A stretch of 64,000 nucleotides of DNA, taken from the NCBI GenBank assembly GCA_013336165.1, contig JAAXUF010000009.1:311-64310 (forward strand). Reading direction: 5' to 3'. A model generated the notes under the pieces. The model had not been told where the DNA came from. It was given only the letters and a program-made list of their open reading frames with translations, and did no database searches. Source of the stretch: Coriobacteriia bacterium. Its GTDB lineage: Bacteria; Actinomycetota; Coriobacteriia; Anaerosomatales; JAAXUF01. Shown piece after piece: positions 62,068 to 64,000 of this stretch (position 1 is the stretch's first letter; the number at the start of each line of letters is the position of its first letter). A program made the translations under genes and the position numbers.

Positions 62068-63573
62068 GTGCTCACCACATCAGTCGAGCGGCTCGAAGGC
62101 AACAACGCCAAACTCACGGTAACCGTCTCGGCGGATCAAGTCGATTTGGCTGTTACCGAGGCGTACAAGAAGATCAGCGCGAACTTGCGCATTCCTGGCT
62201 TCAGAAAGGGCAAGGTTCCGCGCCCTGTTATCGACACCCATGTCGGCCGCGAGCAGGTGCTGATGGAGGCCACAGAGGAACTCGTTGAGTCCGCGTACCG
62301 TGAGGCCATCATCGAAGAGGATCTTCGCACCATCACCAACCCCGAGATCTCCGTCGACCAGCCCGTGGGAGAAGGCGAAACATTCACCTTCTCCGCCCAA
62401 CTGCAACTGCGGCCGGAACTTGCGCTTTCCGCTTACGACGACATCACAGTCACCGTTCCGCCGGCAGAGGTCTCCGATGCCGAGGTAGACGCCGGGCTGG
62501 ATCAGCTGCGCGATCGTGTTGCATCTTTGGAGCCGGTCGAGGATCGCGGCATCGAGGCAGGTGACTTCGCCATCATCTCATTCACCGGCTACATGGATGG
62601 CGAGCCCTACGAAGGCAACGTCGTCGACAAGTCCCTCTACGAGCTTGGCCGTGGCATGATGCCGGTCGAGTTTGACCAGGGATTGCTCGGCCTCAAGGCC
62701 GGCGACGAAACTGTCGCTGAGTTCCCGATGCCGGCGGAATCCGCAAATGCCGAGGTCGCAGGCAAGACCGCCCGCTTCGAAATCACCGTGAATGAGGTCA
62801 AGATCAAGCGCCTCCCCGAGCTCAACGACGAGTTGGCGGTGAACTTTGGTTTCGACAACATGGAGAGCATGCGTGCGGATCTTCGTGCGAGTCTGCAGCA
62901 AGGCGTAGCCAAAACGTACGCGCGCGCTAAGGAGAAGGCTGCTCGCGAAGAGCTGGCCCGTCGTCTTGAAGGCGACATCCCCGCCGTGCTGTCCGAGTCT
63001 CGCGCTCAGAATATGCTGCAATCATTCATGAAGCAGCTTGAGAATGAAGGGCTGTCGTTGGATGTGTACTGCGATGCATACAACATCAAGCCTGAGGAGA
63101 TTCTCGCCGATATCCGCAAGGATGCCGAGGAGAACGTGCGCGAGGACCTTGCACTCGAGTCCCTGTTTCGTGCGCTCGGCATGCAGGTGACGCAGGAAGA
63201 CGTCGACGCGACCTATGCGGAGCTTGCAGAGGGCATGGGCACGACCGTCGACGAACAGCGCGCGCGGTGGGGCCAGGCGCAAGCGCCCGTGCTGTGGGAG
63301 ATGGTCATGCATCGCAAGGCGACAGGCTGGTTGCTGGAGAACATCGAGACCGTGATAGCCGAGCCGGGCGCGGAAAAAGCGGCCGCTGCGGGTACGAAGA
63401 AGACAACGACGAAGAAGACGACGAAGAAGAAGACGGCCAAGAAGGCCGCTGAGCCGGTGGAGCAGCCTGTAGAGGCGCCAGCCGACTCGCAAGCAGAGCC
63501 GGCCAAGAAGACGACCAGGAAGAAGGCCAAGCCGGCCGAGCCGTCTGCGGACGCGCCCGCCGAGAACGCCTAG
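62068..63573 (+). CDS. tig: Trigger factor with Lys/Thr/Ala-rich C-terminal tail
   Basis: [13 protein letters not shown] ribosome-binding motif and a central FKBP-like domain. GTG start, because the longer track ORF overlaps tRNA-Leu. Confidence 0.95.
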   Translation: MLTTSVERLEGNNAKLTVTVSADQVDLAVTEAYKKISANLRIPGFRKGKVPRPVIDTHVGREQVLMEATEELVESAYREAIIEEDLRTITNPEISVDQPVGEGETFTFSAQLQLRPELALSAYDDITVTVPPAEVSDAEVDAGLDQLRDRVASLEPVEDRGIEAGDFAIISFTGYMDGEPYEGNVVDKSLYELGRGMMPVEFDQGLLGLKAGDETVAEFPMPAESANAEVAGKTARFEITVNEVKIKRLPELNDELAVNFGFDNMESMRADLRASLQQGVAKTYARAKEKAAREELARRLEGDIPAVLSESRAQNMLQSFMKQLENEGLSLDVYCDAYNIKPEEILADIRKDAEENVREDLALESLFRALGMQVTQEDVDATYAELAEGMGTTVDEQRARWGQAQAPVLWEMVMHRKATGWLLENIETVIAEPGAEKAAAAGTKKTTTKKTTKKKTAKKAAEPVEQPVEAPADSQAEPAKKTTRKKAKPAEPSADAPAENA

Positions 63574-63599
63574 GTTTCTTTCAGAGGAGTGACGAAAGC

Positions 63600-64000
63600 A
63601 TGAGTATTTCCGATATCAAAGCCCTTGTACCCATCGTTATCGAACAGACAGGCCGAGGCGAGCGCAGCTTTGACATCTACTCGCGACTGCTCAATGAGCG
63701 GATCGTGTTTCTCGGCACGGAGATCGACGATCACGTGGCCAACCTCGTGATCGCTCAGCTCCTGCACCTCGAGAGCGCGGAGCCGGACAAGGACATCAAC
63801 CTCTACATCAACTCGCCCGGTGGTTCAGTGACTTCCGGTTTGGCAATCTACGACACCATGCAGTACATCAAGTGCGACGTGTCGACGATCTGCGTTGGCC
63901 AGTGCGCCAGCATGGCCGCCGTGCTGCTCGCCTCCGGCGCGCCCGGCAAGCGCTACGCATTGCCGCACTCGCGCGTGCTCATCCACCAGCCTTGGGGCGG
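63600..64000 (+). CDS. clpP: ATP-dependent Clp protease proteolytic subunit ClpP (partial, runs off the window)
   Basis: My own translation gives [39 protein letters not shown]...[12 protein letters not shown]...[18 protein letters not shown]. Not in the track because there is no stop in the window. Confidence 0.9.
   Translation, partial: MSISDIKALVPIVIEQTGRGERSFDIYSRLLNERIVFLGTEIDDHVANLVIAQLLHLESAEPDKDINLYINSPGGSVTSGLAIYDTMQYIKCDVSTICVGQCASMAAVLLASGAPGKRYALPHSRVLIHQPWG

Overview
High-GC bacterial chromosomal segment. Its core-gene synteny (murI-MBL-rph-rdgB, a tRNA cluster followed by tig-clpP, and rnr-smpB-ssrA) looks actinobacterial. There are four blocks. (1) 1 to ~17.5 kb is a co-oriented array of about 20 short, functionally unrelated cassettes. 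Almost every cassette ends in a 56-110 bp imperfect palindrome that closes with GTTRRRY, which I read as integron attC sites. The sites fall into two or three mosaic sequence families. Some are tandem or orphan sites, some boundaries are eroded, and several cassette genes are pseudogenes. No integron integrase or attI is in the window, and both are predicted upstream of coordinate 1. Cassettes include a Vat-type streptogramin acetyltransferase, an RsgA GTPase with a leader micro-ORF, LysE and MFS transporters, a peroxiredoxin, and many DUF or unknown proteins. (2) 18.6-26.8 kb is housekeeping: RNase R, M42 peptidase, SmpB, tmRNA and RecQ. (3) 26.9-39.5 kb is a compact Mo-nitrogenase regulon. 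A textbook sigma54 promoter sits upstream of the tightly spaced nifH-D-K-(E-N fusion)-X-I1-I2-ferredoxin III-B run (inferred operon), which is followed by three small accessory genes. nifA-nifQ converge on it from the opposite strand. (4) 39.7-64 kb holds csp, a Rieske protein, murI-MBL-rph-rdgB, and tRNA-Pro with a decayed serine-recombinase remnant next to katE. It also holds an ECF sigma/anti-sigma module and an uncharacterised metallocluster-type cluster (Cys-rich PadR, 2 NifX-like, 2 MinD-ferredoxin ATPases, Mrp, MoaE-like). The block ends with a YnjB-like ABC importer plus kinase and nucleoside hydrolase, five tRNAs, tig and partial clpP. The most interesting signals are the integron-like array and the sigma54/NifA plus NifI1/I2 nif regulon in an apparently actinobacterial chromosome.
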